Part shown: positions 25,973-39,360 of the stretch, in pieces
Position numbering within the stretch: position 1 is the first letter of the stretch
Layout: the number at the start of each line of letters is the position of its first letter
Assembly: GCA_036172245.1 (NCBI GenBank)
Contig: JAYWIR010000001.1
Coordinates: forward strand, 3,410,001 to 3,474,000
Direction of reading: 5' to 3'
DNA length: 64,000 bases
DNA from: Raillietiella orientalis
Lineage: Eukaryota
Position numbers and translations under genes: made by a program
The notes under the pieces: model-generated
The model's input: only the letters and a program-made list of their open reading frames with translations
The model's database searches: none
What the model was told of the DNA's origin: nothing

Positions 25973-28900
25973 CTAGCAGCGCAGGTGGCAGCGGGAGATG
26001 GGAGCGCAGCGGGAGTCCCTGGAGCCGCTGCTGGACCTCCGCGGTCCCGACCCGAACGCGTACGGGTGGGGGCAGGGCTCCCTGAACGAGCTGCCCAAGG
26101 TCGGGCGCGACCTCATGCCGTTGCCCGGCAACGTCAGGCAAGAGCTGTAGGCCTGCCCCACCGGCGACACCGCGCTCAGCTCCACGCCAGCGACGGGCGT
26201 GGCCGCGCCGCACGCGCTGTCGGCGATCGAATGCAGGGCTGCCAGGTTCATCCGGATCTGCTTCTCCAGGGCGTCGTTCCTGTCCTTCTCGGACCGCAGC
26301 ATCGTCTCGAACTCGTTGCGGAACTGCGGGAAGGAGAGGTCAGCGGAGCTCGGTCGCCCACTACTCGCAGCGGGCCGCATCGATACCGGCGCGCGCGAAG
26401 GGCAGCAAGGAAGGGGAGGGAAGCGCAGGCGCTCGCTCGTTCTCCCGGCGCCTTTCGCTGGACGGCCACGTCGATCCGCGCGACGGGGTTGCCCTCGTCC
26501 TCCACGCCTCCTTCCGGCTCGCGCGCCAGTAGGTCAAAGGCCAGGCAAGCGATTCCACCCCCCCACCCCCCATCCTTTCACGGAGCTTCCCGTTAGCAAC
26601 CGCCTGCTCCCCCGTATGCCCAGGGCGAAAGTCGCCCTGTCGGGTCCGGAAGGCGTCCTCCGGGCAACCGACTCTGCTCCGCGGGACGCCTTCGCTCCCC
26701 GAGGGCTCCCGCTGGCGGCGATCGTTCAGCTCGCTCCGAGACAAGGCAGAGCGGAGCGACTCCGCACGAGGAGGCGAACCTGCGGCGGCGTCCGCCGCGG
26801 GCGCGGAAGCTCGCGGCACCGGCACCCTCGGAGGCCACGGACCGTCCCCGTCCCGCCGCGCACGCTGCCATCCGCCACCCGTGATCCCCTTCCCCTCCTT
26901 CCCTGCCGGCATCCAACACTGCTCTTCGTCCGCACCGCGTGGCCTCGGCCTGGGCGGCGGTCCTGGTCGCAGAGCCTGCCTACCCCGCGCAAACAAGCAA
27001 ACGATGGTCGGCGCAGCGCAGTCGCCCGCCGGGAGAGGCGCTGCTGTCCGCGACGCCCACGCCGCGCAGCGTCCCGCGGGACCAGGACGCGGGAAGGGAG
27101 CCTGCTGCACAGGAGCGCTGCGCTGCGTTGCGGGTCGCGCCGCCGCCGCCACCGCTCCGCCTTTCTCTCTCCCTCCTCGACAGGACGCTTCCGCGGTGTC
27201 CGCTCCGGGACCGGCCGACCTTTCGGGTGACCTCCTTCTGCCGCTCCCGGACCCAGCGGGTCGCGCGCGCGCCGAACCGGAACCGGCCCCGTTCGGGGCG
27301 GGAGGCGTACGTCAGGGCGAGAGGCGCGGCCCCGCCCTGGCAGACGCGCGTGCGCGCACGCGGCGCAGAGAGCTTCGCGTACCGTCCGCCTTCGGCGCTG
27401 CCGTTTCCACCAGACCGGCCCGACGGCCTCGCGTCGAGGCGGCCGCGCGCGCATCCGGCAAGCGCCTCGCGCGGCCCCCCCCGCGGCGCGCAGAGCGGCG
27501 CGGAGGTCAGCGTCCCGGAAGGGAACGGACCAGCCCGACGCCAGGAAGACTCCGCCGCGCAAGGAGGAGGAGGAGCGACAGCGAGCAAGTCCTTCCCACG
27601 ACGCGGCGGCGCGCTGCGGAAGCCCACGGTGCAGCGCTCCTGCCGGCGGGGCGGCTGCGCGGAACAACCTTCCGGGACATTCTGCCGCGCGCGCGGCGGG
27701 TGTCCTGTCTGTCCGGGAGGACCCCGTGCAACGCAGCCGCACCTCATTCGCTCCTTCTCCGGGAGAGAATCCCCGGACGAGGACCTGCGCCCAGGGCCCC
27801 CGCGCAACAACTCACCTGCGCCTTGGAGGCCTCCAACCGGCCGAGGCCTTCCGCACGTTTGTCCGCCTCCTCCTGCAGGAACCGCTCCATGGCGGCCTTG
27901 GCGTCGCGCACCTGCGCCTTCAGCTCCTCCTCCCTCTCCAGCAGGCACCGCAGCTCCTCCCGCAGGGCGTCCGCCTGCGACTTCTCCTCCTGGTACCTGC
28001 CCACCAGCGCGTCGTACTCCTCCTTTTCCTTCCTGTCGCGGTCCTCGAGCGCCTGCAGGTCGCTCTCCTCGGCCTCGACGCGCGTCCGCAGCGCTTCCTC
28101 GGCCCGCTTCGTCGACTCGGCCTTGTCCCGCAGCCACAGGACCTGCTGCTTGGCCGCCTGCAGCGCCGCGCTCTTCGCCCGCGTGTCCGCCTCCACCTCC
28201 CGCAGCCGTTCCTCCGCCTCCTGCAGCCGACCCTCCGCCTCCTGAAGCCGACCTTCTTCCTCCCGCAGCAGCCTTCGCGCCTCGCCGATCGACTCCCCTT
28301 CCAGCGCCCTCCTCCGCTCCTCCTCCTCCTCCGCGCTCTTCAGCGCACCCTCCTCCTCCTCGATCTGCTGCTGCTGTCTCGCCACCTCCTTCTCCAGCCG
28401 CTCCGCCTCGCTCCGCGGTTCCTCCGCCGCCCGCTGCAGCCTCTCCGTCTCGCACTGCAGGCGCGCCTTCTCGGCTAGCTGCGCGTTGATCTTCTCCTCC
28501 AGCTCGGCCGCCTCCAGGCTCGCCGCGTCCAGCTGCTTGGTCAGGCCCTCCAGCTCCGCCTCCGCCGCCGACACCTCCCCTTCCGACTGCTTCACCTGGA
28601 GACCGGAGCCATGCTCAAGCGTCACAGAGGACGCGAAGGAGCGATTTGCAAGGCAAGGAGCGGCCCCGGGCCATCCGCCCGTCTCGGGGACGCCTCACGC
28701 CAGCCTCCCCACCACCACCACCACCACCACCACCACCACACACACACACATACACCCTTCTTCCTCACCTTCTCCGTCAGCGACTCCACCTCCTTCTGCA
28801 GCTCCTGCAGCGCGCTCTTCTCGCTCGTCAGCTCGCCCTGCAGGCCGCCCAGCACGCGCTCGCCGTGAGAACGGGCCGCCTCCAGCTCCGCGGTCGCCTC

Positions 28901-31900
28901 CTCCACCTCCCGCCTCGCCCGCTCCACCTGCGCCGTCAGCTCGTCCACCCGGCACTGCAGCTCCTTGGCCTCGCACTCCAGCCGGTTCCTCTCGTGCGCG
29001 CCGCTCTCGTTCTCCCTCTCCAGGTCCGAGATCTCCTGCTCCAGCTCCCGGATTATCCCCTCAGTCTCCTTCAGCTGGATCCGCTTGTCCTTCAGCCGCG
29101 ACTCGGCCTCTTCCAGCAGGCGCTCCTTCTCCTGCTCCTGGAACGCACGCGCGCCGTTCGCGCACCTCCCGGCGCATGCGCACTCCTCTCACCTCCGACC
29201 GCAGACGATCCACCTCCTTCTCCAGCTGCGCGTTCAGGTTCTCCTTCGACTGGAGCTCCTCCTTCAGGTCCTGCATCCTCTTCTCGTGGTCCATCTCCAT
29301 GCTGTCCCTCTCGTTCTTCAGCTGGCTCGACAGCAGGATCTCCTTCTGCAGCGCGTCCTCCACCTCCTCCAGGTGACCCTTCTCCCTCGCGATCTTCGCC
29401 TGCAGCTCCTGGATGCGCGCGTACGCCTTCGACACCTCCCGCTGGCACTCGGAGATCTCCGCCTCCAGGGCCGCGCTGCGCTCGCTCTCCGTCACCAGGT
29501 CGCCCTTCTTCTGCGACAGCCTGTCCAGCGTCGACGACACCTCCTGCTCCAGCCGGCAGCTCTCCTCCTCCGCCTGCCTCACCTCCTCCTCCAGCTTCTG
29601 CCTCGAGGCCACCTCGCGCTGCAGCTCCGCCCGCAGGTGCGACTCCTCGTCCCGCAGCGCCGACAGCGCGCCCTCCTCCGCCGTGCACTTCTTCTCCGCC
29701 TCCTGAGACTGCCGCTGCAGCTCCTCCAGGCGCTTACGCATCTCCCGCTTCTCCTCCTGGATGCACGCCAGCTCGTCCTTCCACGACTTCAGCGACCCCA
29801 GCTTGTTCCTCAGCTGCAGCATCTCCTCCTTCGCCGAGTCCAGGTCGGCCTGGTACCTCTGCTTCTGCTCCTCCACGCCGCGCAGCTCCAGCTCCTTCTC
29901 GGTGATCTTCCTCACCAGGTCCTCCACCTCGCGGATCCTCGACAGCTTCTGTCGGGGGCGCGCACGCCCCCGTCAGGGTCCATCCACACCAAACTACCCG
30001 CCGTTCCACCTCCCCTTTCCTACCCCGGGCGCGCCCGCGAACCACCAGCCAGCGGCAAACAATCCGGCGCATCGCGGCACCCTCCCTGCAAGCGGGCAGC
30101 GCAGAACCACCGGCGCACGTCCGCTTCCAGCCAAACGGCACCGAAGAGGCGCCCTGCAATCGCCCCATTTCCCCTCCACAGAATCCCTCCCATCGCCGAG
30201 CCACGGGTCCGCTGGCCAGCATTCCGACGCTCGTCGTCGCCGCTACCTCGGAAACGGCTTGCGGACGGTGCGGGCACCCTCTCCGACGAACGACGCCCCA
30301 CGCACGCAGCCGCCAACCCTTCCTGCGGACATCCAGCACTTCATCCCTGCATCCGCGGCGCGTCGGAGCGCTTCCCGACGCCACCGCAGCGCTCGATACG
30401 CGTCCGCCTCCAGGCGTACCCAGCAGCAAGGCGCCGGAATCTTTCCGAGCACGCACGCGGACGAACGCGTCGTCCTCGGAAAAGGTGGGCGAAAGAAACG
30501 CCGCTAGGCAGTGGGCATGCAGTGGAGCGGGGGTGGGGATTACCACCCGGGTACGAAGGGAATGCGGGCGCCTCCCCGGCGGAAGAGCAGAACGCTGCGA
30601 GAGCGTGGTCGGCTCGGCACGAGGCACACACGCTTCGCCCTTCCCTGCGCACCCGACGCCCCCCGGAAGGGCAGCGAACAGCGAATCCGCCAGGCGTACG
30701 CCATGGAGCCGTCTGGCACGACGGCTGGCAGTCGTCTGCAGTGGCAGAGTCCGCCCGTGCCGCGTGCGAGAGCGAGGCACGCGAGCTTTGCCGGCAGCTG
30801 CTGCACGACCCGACGGGGGGACTTCGCAGCTGCTGCCACTGCCGCCGGCCAACAGGCAGGTCCCTCCTTCCTGTCCCTCTCTCCGGAAGCAGCGCGCACC
30901 TTCCATAAACGCTGCAAAGGTCCCTCCTCTTCCCTTCCTCCTTACCCGTCCGCCGTCGTCTTCGACGATTCCCCCGCGAGGGCGTACGCACCTCTGCTCC
31001 GAGCGCCGCCGACACCCACCTGCCGCGCGTCTGCCCGTTTAGCTCCCGCAGCAGCGCCGCGTCTTCCGCACCCCCCGTGCCACCCGGAGGGGACCGTGCG
31101 CGAAATCCGCCTCGCCGCGAACCATGCGCTGGACCCGCGCTGCACTCACGTCGCAGTAGTCCTTCCTGGTGGCAAACTCCGCGCTCGGGCAGCAGGAGGA
31201 TGCGGACGGAGAGGACGCTTCCACGAAGAACACGTTGGTGCACACTTGGGACGCCGCGTTCACCTCCGAGCACGGGTAAGACGGGTGGTCGTCCAAAGGA
31301 TACGCGCCTCCCGCTTTGTCTCTCTCCGCGTTTCCCCTTTCCTCTTCCACATTCTAAGCACCAGGGAGAAACCGGTTGGCCGTGGCAACTCCTCCCAGCC
31401 CGCGGTGGCTGGCCGCCATCTCCACGCTCCATCGTCGCCTGAAAATCCCGTCGCCGCGCTCGCGAACCAAAGCCTCTCCGCACTGTCCGCACCCGGATCC
31501 CAGTTCTGCGCCCACTCGCTTCCCGGACGGGTCGGCTCGCTCGCCGGAGCCTTCCGGCGGACGGTGGGCCTGCTGAGAGTCGCGCCGGTTCCCGCAGGGC
31601 CGCCCAGTTTCGCTGGACCGCGCAAGCGGGATAGAAAAGTCCCGAAAGGTGGAGCCCGCGCGCGTCTCCCAACCACGTGGCTTGCAACTCCGACACCTGA
31701 AGCGCACAACGGCCCCTCCTCCGTCTCTCGGAAGCGGACGCGTCCCCGTTCCTCCTGCCGTTTCCCGCGTTACGAGTCAGCGGAGGCGGCAGCAGACCCC
31801 AGTCCCTGCCTGCCTGCCTGCTTCTTCCTTACCCGTGTGTTCCGGCCCTGATGACGGCCACCTCTGTCGGTTGCCGCGTAGTCGATCCCCTGGAAACAAA

Positions 31901-32276
31901 GGGTGTCCAGGTGGCCGTGAACCCTCTCCCTTTCTCTCATCCCGCTGCAGCGATCCAACACTTCTCCTCAAGGGGCGCGCTCACCGCGACGTGCCCTCCA
32001 CGCGACGCGACGGAGCTGCAACGGCGCCGATGGCCGCCGCAGCCATCCGCGCTCGCGTGCGCGCGCGCATACGGCGACCTCGGCGGCAACTTCGGTTTCC
32101 GGATCCGTTTCCTGGAGCCAGCCTCGCGCCGAGGCAAGGGAGATGGCCGCGGGCATTTCGTCCGACCCTAGGAACCAGACGAAAAAAAGGAAGGGTGCGT
32201 GCGAGTGCTAGCGATGCAAGCGACCGACGAATCCGGAGCAGCTCACCATGGTGCCCTTTTCCGCGCTTTCCTCCAT
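25973..32276 (-). CDS. Long coiled-coil protein, ~848 aa, copy A (mirror of copy B). Exons 32276-32247, 31889-31833, 31353-31150, 29948-29193, 29137-28769, 28595-27816, 26323-25973
   Basis: Mirror image of copy B. Translations in the ORF track are identical (29061..29927, 28622..28948, 27744..28625, 25973..26380). Neither observed arm difference falls in a predicted exon. Confidence 0.82.
28710..28752. repeat. (ACC)n(AC)n microsatellite in intron 5 of copy A
   Basis: Direct reading. Confidence 0.9.
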
Positions 32277-32370
32277 GTTTCCCTCCGGCAACACGAGCAG
32301 ATCAATCAACGCAGTCGGCAAATTTGGCACCAAACAAAGTCACAGCACCCAACCTGCGACCTTCCGAAAA

Positions 32371-32384
32371 GTTCTCATAGCAAC
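32371..32384 (-). promoter_or_regulatory. RFX X-box upstream of coiled-coil gene copy A
   Basis: gttctcatagcaac on the + strand; mirror of 41438-41451. Confidence 0.55.
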
Positions 32385-33849
32385 CGAATCCGGAACTCGA
32401 TGGATTTGCTTTTCCATTCACTAAGGCGATGGACAATTGTTGCGGCGCACGCGGAACATCTCCGCGTCGTCACCTTGCGACCGCCGTCCTCATCGTGACG
32501 AGCGCGCACAGGCCGCACTTTCCCGATGACGCGCGCGTTCGTCCCGGGTCAGGACGACGACCGAGCAGCCCGACACTTGCCTGCGCCCCACCGCACCTTC
32601 TTTCTGCTCGCACGCAGAAAGCACGTTCTTGCCCATCCTCCGGGGCATCGCGCATTCTTACCATCCCGCGATTCTCGCGGGAACAGTTACCGAAAGCCGC
32701 GCCTGCTCGCCTTCCCTTCCGGTGGGTCCCGCAAAACGCACTCTCCTCCGCAGGCATTCCGCAGCCCGAGGAAGGCGTCTGCTGATTGCAGGACCGTGCG
32801 GCGCACTGCCACCCGTCCGGTCCCCAATCGCTCAGCCGTCCGAAGAAGAGAGCCAAACCGCCCACGCGGCAGAACCGCAGAACGCGGACCGCGCGACGCT
32901 TCGGCCACGCAACTTCCCTCATTCGCGCACCAAACCGAACGGCACGCTTTCCTATGGGGAGAAGGCAGGCAGGGGTTCGGGGAGAGGCACAGAGTCCGCT
33001 TCCTGACCAGAAATCGCGGAAACGGTTTGGAGTCGCGCAGTCCCCGGAACATCACGCGCTGGCCGACGGCAGCGCATGCCTTCTCGGTCGGCTGGTGCCG
33101 CGGTCGGACGGACACGAGAGACGACGATCCACCAGCGAAACGAACCGAACGAACGGAAATCGGCTGCATGGCGGACGCCGCCGCCGCCTGGTTTGCGAGC
33201 CCGCAGGAGATCCGGCAGCGGGACGCGGCAGCTCGAAGGCCAGTGTTGGGAAGGAGGGCCGACCTGCATGGCCCTCTGGGCGAGCTCGGCAACAAGAAAG
33301 GAGGGAGGTTTTCCGCATCGAAGCGTCGATCCGTACGTTCGCTTTTCGACCGGACACACCGGAGGTGCCCGCGTCCGGTAGGCCGTGCCCTTTTTTTTTT
33401 CGTGCCTTTCGACCTCGACAAAGGGGTATCGGACTTCCTCGCTCGAGAGTCCAAAATCTTCCACTTGGAAGTGAGCGGAGATCAGGAGGAGAGAAGGTGG
33501 AAGGAGCTAGAGCTGAACAGGGAACAGGACAATCTCGTGTTACCGTTCGGTACTGTCTTCGTATCCGGAAGGGCGGCGCAAGGGACAAAGGGGAGAAGAG
33601 GAGACCGAAGCGGGGAGAGTTTGCCACCGAGCAGTTTCTTTGCGAGTTCCCACGCGACCGCATAGTCAGCTTTGGTCTCCCCTCTCGTTTCCGTCGTGCT
33701 TGCTCCGTCTCTGGCCAAACGGTGCGGCGCCTCGGTCCACCAATCGGGTTCTTCTGCACGCACCCCGATCTTCCGGGAACGATTTCGCGCTTCTGTTGCG
33801 CAAGAATTAGGTGGACTCTGTGCTCATGAAGCAGCGGAAGCGGTTCCAG

Positions 33850-34245
33850 GATTCTCTCTTTTCGTGTTTTCAAAGGCGCTCCCTGAAAGAAGCAGCGCGA
33901 CTTCTTCACGCTCTGGAGAGGTGGCTCCCCGAGGGGGTATCAACCACCTCCACGGAACGGCTTCATTTTCACAACCGAAGGGATTGAATGCTGAAGGGAA
34001 CCGCCGCTCCTGGATTCCTGGAAGGACCCCAGATAACGAACTTCCGAAACCGGTTACCTACCGGGTCCGGCAATTTCCTTCTTCAGCCACTGCCGCACCC
34101 GAAGCCTACAGGCCAACCAGCGTCGTCTTGCGGGGGCGGCTCGAAATCCAGGTCGCAGGCCCCCATTTCCCGTCGTCGACCCTCCACGTGGGGACTCTGA
34201 CTCGCAACGCTGGATGTCACGCGCTACGCGCAAAGACCGCAGACA
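33850..34245 (-). mobile_element. Dispersed repeat, probable SINE (copy 3, in the palindrome spacer)
   Basis: Colinear similarity to 1-432 (aaaggcgct...ctctggagagg...tatcaacca...acggaacggct.cattttca...ctcgaaa...gcccccatttc...cgcaacgctgg). Confidence 0.7.
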
Positions 34246-37099
34246 CCCGTTCGCCAGCGCGGGCGCGTGGCCGCCGAGCCACCTCGCTTCGCTCTCTGCC
34301 AGACTCGGCGCAAAAGAGCCGTGCAAACAGCGCACGAGAACCGCCGCGCGCGCGTTGCTCACAGCACTCCAACTACAGCGGACCCGTGCCACCTGGACCT
34401 CGCACCGATCTGGCCACGGCTGGCGACGTCGTGGCGGATTTGCCTCGCCAATTCTTTTCGCAGTCATCTTCGCGTGCCGCGAGACGAGCTCGTTCGCCAT
34501 CATTCCCGTTAGCAGAAGTGGTGCGCGAACATCAGAACGGTGTTCGCGCGAACGGCGAATCATGACCACCAGAACGGTGGTCATGATTCCCTCTTCCCGA
34601 AGCATCCCGGAGCCACCCGCGACGAGCGTTTGCTGCTTGCGCTGCTCGGCGCCGAAGCTCTTCAATCTCTGGTCACGAAAAGAAGTCGCGAAGAAATTCA
34701 CCATCTTGTGGCGGCGTCATCATCTTGCCTCTGGCTCGCCAGTGCCTGCTGCTGACCAACCTCAACGGGGTGGACTCGCGCCAACTCGCCAAGCGCCCTC
34801 GCTTTTCTGTTCGTGCGAAATGTGCGACCAGGAACATCGAGAGACAGGAGAGCACGCACCCTTCTGCTCTTCTCGCTTTCGGCAAACGCGCGGCAATTCA
34901 ATCGCTCTGCGGGGCGAGCAGCAGCTCTTGCGAACGCGATCGGCAAGGCTGCACGCAGTCCCTTGGAACGAGGACGGAATCCAGAGCTGCTGCGAGAGGA
35001 GTGGCCCACCTCGGCCGAATCGCAGTGCGCGCCCCTCGAGGCGCGTTGCCAGTCGTCGCCTCTCCCCCTTCCTCGCAACATAGGCCGAAGAACGCCCGGC
35101 TGCCCAACCAAGCCACGGCCGATATACCTTAGCGTTTCCGCCAAACCCTAACTCTCGCCTTCCCGATGCCACCCTCCCTCCAACGAGGCACCGACCCGAA
35201 CTTGCGACCCGGAGACCAAACGGAGCAACGGTTGCTGCATCCCGACGAGGACGAAAAGCACGTTTCCATTGCAACGGAACGAAGTTGTCCAAGTCGAACG
35301 GCCCGCTTGGGCCACGATCGGGATTGTTCGCTCCTTCCTTCCCACTTGCACGCAACCTCCTGTGCTGCCAATCGAGGACCGCACGCCATCGGACGCAGCA
35401 GAGCAGGAAGACCGACGACTGCCGCGCTTTCGTCCATCGGACGAACGACGGGAATCGTGTCTTACGGTCCGTATCGCTGCCAACTTTCTTTCGGAAAAGC
35501 ACCTCTCCTGAACCGGTTTCCCCAACAAACTTTCCTCTCTGGAGCATGCAAACCTTTTTTTTTCCTTGCCATGAAGTGACCCCTGCGAACGCACATCACT
35601 GTTCTTTCCTTGCATGCGTGATCCAGCGTCCCGATCGCGGGAACGCTCCTGTTGCGCAGCGACACAACATGCTGCTCCGGATACAAGAGAGAAGAAAGAT
35701 TTCGGAAGCAGGGGCAAGAAAAGAGAAGCGTCGCAGAAACCGAAGTCCTCTGCAAAGCGCACGCCTTGCATCGCCAACGGCTGCTCGCGCTGTTCTCGCT
35801 CCTTCTCTCAGAACAGTGATTGCGCGTCTACCGGAAACGTTTCCAAAGCAAAGCGGCTTCCTCATGCCAAATGGAGCAAACAGATATCCACGCCTTTTCC
35901 TCATCCATTCCACGTTCCCAGAGCCGCAATCCGGACCCTTCCTTGTGCACACAAATCGCAAGCGCTCGAAACTTGCAGACGGTTGCAGGCGAACCTGGCA
36001 AGGCACGCGAAGTCGCTGTTTTTTGTTTTCGCGCGTGCGTTTTTCAGAAACCGGTCCTTCCGATGCAGATGCGCCAGCAATCTTCCAGCCAAAGTGAGCA
36101 AGGCAGAGAGGAAATGGAAACCAAAACGTCGGAACGATTCTCGGAAAGCGTGAACGCTTCAGGATAGGCCGCCTGCACAAGAACGCTTCGCTGGCATCCG
36201 CATCCACGCCCGCTCAATGATCATCACAAGCAAACACATCCGCAAAGTGTGCGCACACCTCGGCTCGGCGCAAACCTGAAAAACACCGCCCTGACGATGG
36301 TACGCATCCTCGCGCCCAACTTTCACGCGGAGAGAACAAAAGGGTGTCTTTGGTGCAACTGCTTTAAAGAGATCATGTTTTCTGATTTCATCGAACACAG
36401 AGTGAACCGTTGGTCACGGAGGCAAGCACAACAACGGGCCATCGAAAAGAGGCGAGTTGGAAGTGATCCCAAGGCCTCACGAGATGACGTCTTCCTTCGC
36501 TGAGAGGATTGCGCACCCTTCCGGGGCAGTGCAGTGCTTCCTGCAAGAAGAGGAGGTTCTCCCGGGACGGAAAGCATGTGTGCAGGAATCTGGATTAGCT
36601 GCAACCGTTCAAACCCTGGAAATACACAACAGAAGCATGCAACATGCAACTTTGCATACTTTAGAAGAAAACGAAGGAACGAGGTGAGCAACGTGGCTGC
36701 TGCAAACGAGAAAAAGGCGAAAACAAGCCCAAACCGTGAAGTTTGGGCAACTCGTGGGAAAGAAGGGAAAGTCACAAACTTCAAAGTGTGCCCTCGATTT
36801 CCGATCTCCCAACATGAAAATGGGCTTTTTTTCCCCAAAGACTACTTGAAAGTAAACGTTGCCATGGATTCTGGAGCATGAAAAGCTGCTCTTGTTCACA
36901 CTTGCAAGTCCAAAAGCACCAAGAACGGAGACTGCAAAGTGCTCACGAATCCTGGCTCACCAGAAAATGGGAATTTACGTGGATGTGCTGATGCTGTAGT
37001 TCAACTATACTATTCACTAATCCTTTTTTTCCCTTACGGTTTCCACACTTTTGCACAACTTTGGAAGAATTTACGATTGAGCGCATTTTCCAGGGATCC

Positions 37100-38100
37100 T
37101 CCAGCTTCTTGCAGGAGGCTCTAAAATCCAGTGGCGTCCTGCTCTAGCTTTCCATACATTGCGGTGGTGCTGACACCAGTACCAATCCTCAGAAAAACAA
37201 TTCTCAACAGAAGGCCCTGTTCCAATTCCTGCATGCAAACAAAGCTGCCAGACTCTCCCTCTTTAAAAAAGAGCTCTCAAAGGTCAACAGACTGCTTTTC
37301 AACCATCAATGCATCTTGGGAAGGAAACCATACCCTCCAAAGAGCAACCACCAAGAACCTTTTGCTTTCTTCCTCTTGCACAGTTGGTATCAACAAACTA
37401 CAAGCAGCACCAAGAATTCTTCACCCAAAGAGATGAAATGGAGAATCCGCCCAAAGCTGTCCACCAAGAGGATGCCACTCACAGGAATACAGAGTACTGG
37501 GCACTCTGCATCTCTTCAAACAGATTCAACATGCTGGTGCTCCTTTTGTTCCAAGGATGCTCTTCATGCAAAATTATCTAATCTTGCAATGAATCCACCC
37601 TGATTTCCTCAAGACTCTGAAACTCTACGTGACAAACTCTGATGGGGAAGTATTGAAAGGAACTGGGAATGGGAACCTATGTTGCACCCTGAACCAAACA
37701 GTTCCTTCATCAAACAGGATCACATTAGACAGTCATATGAAAGGTATAACAAACCAGCAAGGAAAATGCAGTGGTTTTGCAGAGCCCATGCCAGTGATTT
37801 CCTTGCAGACTTGAAACTTCAACAGAACTTTGAGCTTAGAGAGCAGTTGCTCTGCCAATGGGGGTCAGCATAGCAAGAACAAAGCATCTCCAACACTTGC
37901 ATGGAATTGCACCTGCACACGGAAATCAGGGTCCATTCCTGTTGCATGTGCAGACATTCTTATTTCCACAGTAAAGGTGCCAAGCCTATCATGTAGGTAG
38001 ACAGTCTGTTGAGCAAGCAATCAAACATCAGGCCAGGTTTGCAATTTTCAATGACTCCCAATCCAATCACAGTTGTTCTGAAGAAGCAATTCAACAATTG
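37100..38100 (-). mobile_element. Highly decayed, CpG-depleted LINE (L1-like) remnant
   Basis: Minus-strand CYADP (YADD-like, ~37862-37876), followed by CKEITGM and PFQYFPI (PF.YLG-like); many stops. Confidence 0.35.
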
Positions 38101-38559
38101 CAAGATTCACACACTAGTGCACCTCGAAACTGCACATGAACAGAACTGCTATTCTCAGCAATGAACCAACACATAGCAAGAGGAGGCACGCTCTCCATGA
38201 AAATACCTACACCTTCAACGCAAGGTAATTTCAAAAAGAGAAACCACAGAACAGGTAATCAAACAACAACAGCAAGTACTTACACATGGGTGAAACCGGG
38301 AATCATCTGCCTTTCCGCTGCCTTGCACATCCCATTTGTACAATACGCCAGAATGCTGAAATGACCTTTTCCATTTCTCAATCGGTCGTTCATCGTTTCC
38401 TTATGGACCTGCGTGATTCTCCCATCGATTGCAAACAAAAAAAAATACCTACACAAAACAAACCCTGAATGCTACCGATTTCCCTAAAGTTGAGTTTGCA
38501 GTGCAACTAACCGCTTCCCGTGCAAACAGCTCTTTAGGAGTTCCTTGCAGTACTTGCTC

Positions 38560-39360
38560 CAACTTGACAACATGCCATCGCTGCTTTCTTCATGAAGCTG
38601 AACGAACAAAACACGGAGGATGCATGCCGTGGATGTCCTCAAACTGCAGTGCACGCTTTACACCCTTTGCACACCATCGTACGTGTGCCTGCAAAGGCGA
38701 GCTCGGGTTCGGCCTGCCTCCTTGCAGCACGTGGAAACTTGCTTGCCCGCCGTGGAAGAGCCTTGCGGTCCATCCGACAAGCCGTTTGCCGATCACGTTC
38801 ACAAGAGCAAACTCTTCGTGCTCGATTCCGCCTAGAGGAGCAGTCCTACACGTTTTCAAAATGGAAAAAAAGACGAAGTTTTGGTCAGCAAACTGACGAA
38901 AGACGGGCGCAACGGATGTCGGGTGCGACATTGCAGTCGCACGGCTGCCAGTCGCCATCGACGCTGCTGCCTCCCTCTCACGCGTCGCTCACCGAAATCT
39001 TCACCAGCCCTCGCGATCAATCCGATATTTCATAACTGGACACGATTCGTGAGAACCTGCCTACCGTGTATTTGCATTTCGTTGCACAATGCTCAGGCAT
39101 GCATGCCGACACTTCGGCACCTCTTCGGTTACCCAGCGCAACGAGCCTTCTGGCGCCAGGCAATGGACATGGAGCGCATTCAGCTCGCGCCTCCATTTGT
39201 GGGTGAAACCTTCCCTCTACGTGTCTTGCCCTCCAGATTCATGGAGAACACACGAGTTGTGGGAACTCGTAGGAAGCGAAGATCCTTGGAGCGCAACACT
39301 TCTCAAGCGAATTATCGACACGAAAACAACAAAAAACAAAAAAAGCAATCTGCTATCATC
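38560..39360 (+). mobile_element. Decayed RTE-like LINE 3' remnant
   Basis: KLNEQNT, KSKLF, KLTKDGRNGC and RLHL...LWELVG...TLLKRIID resemble RTE C-terminal motifs in order; an A-rich stretch follows. Confidence 0.4.

Larger units (their letters stand above)
22980..33638. repeat. Left arm of a 10,659-bp inverted repeat (palindrome arm)
   Basis: Reverse complement of 40184-50842. Mirrored ORFs all sum to 73822 (e.g. 23385+50437, 29061+44761). Pairing read by eye stops at 22979/50843 and 33639/40183. Confidence 0.97.

Noticed and set aside
25121-31851. Many long overlapping ORFs (400-650 aa) in both arms, e.g. 28965..30908 and 26939..28489
   Set aside because: They are antisense or off-frame shadows of the GC-rich coiled-coil exons and of stop-poor GC-rich introns; low-complexity R/P/A/G/L translations with no motifs.
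36858-36871. GTTGCCATGGATTC, a near X-box about 40 bp from the palindrome axis
   Set aside because: Fails the RRNRAC half-site and has no adjacent start; likely chance.
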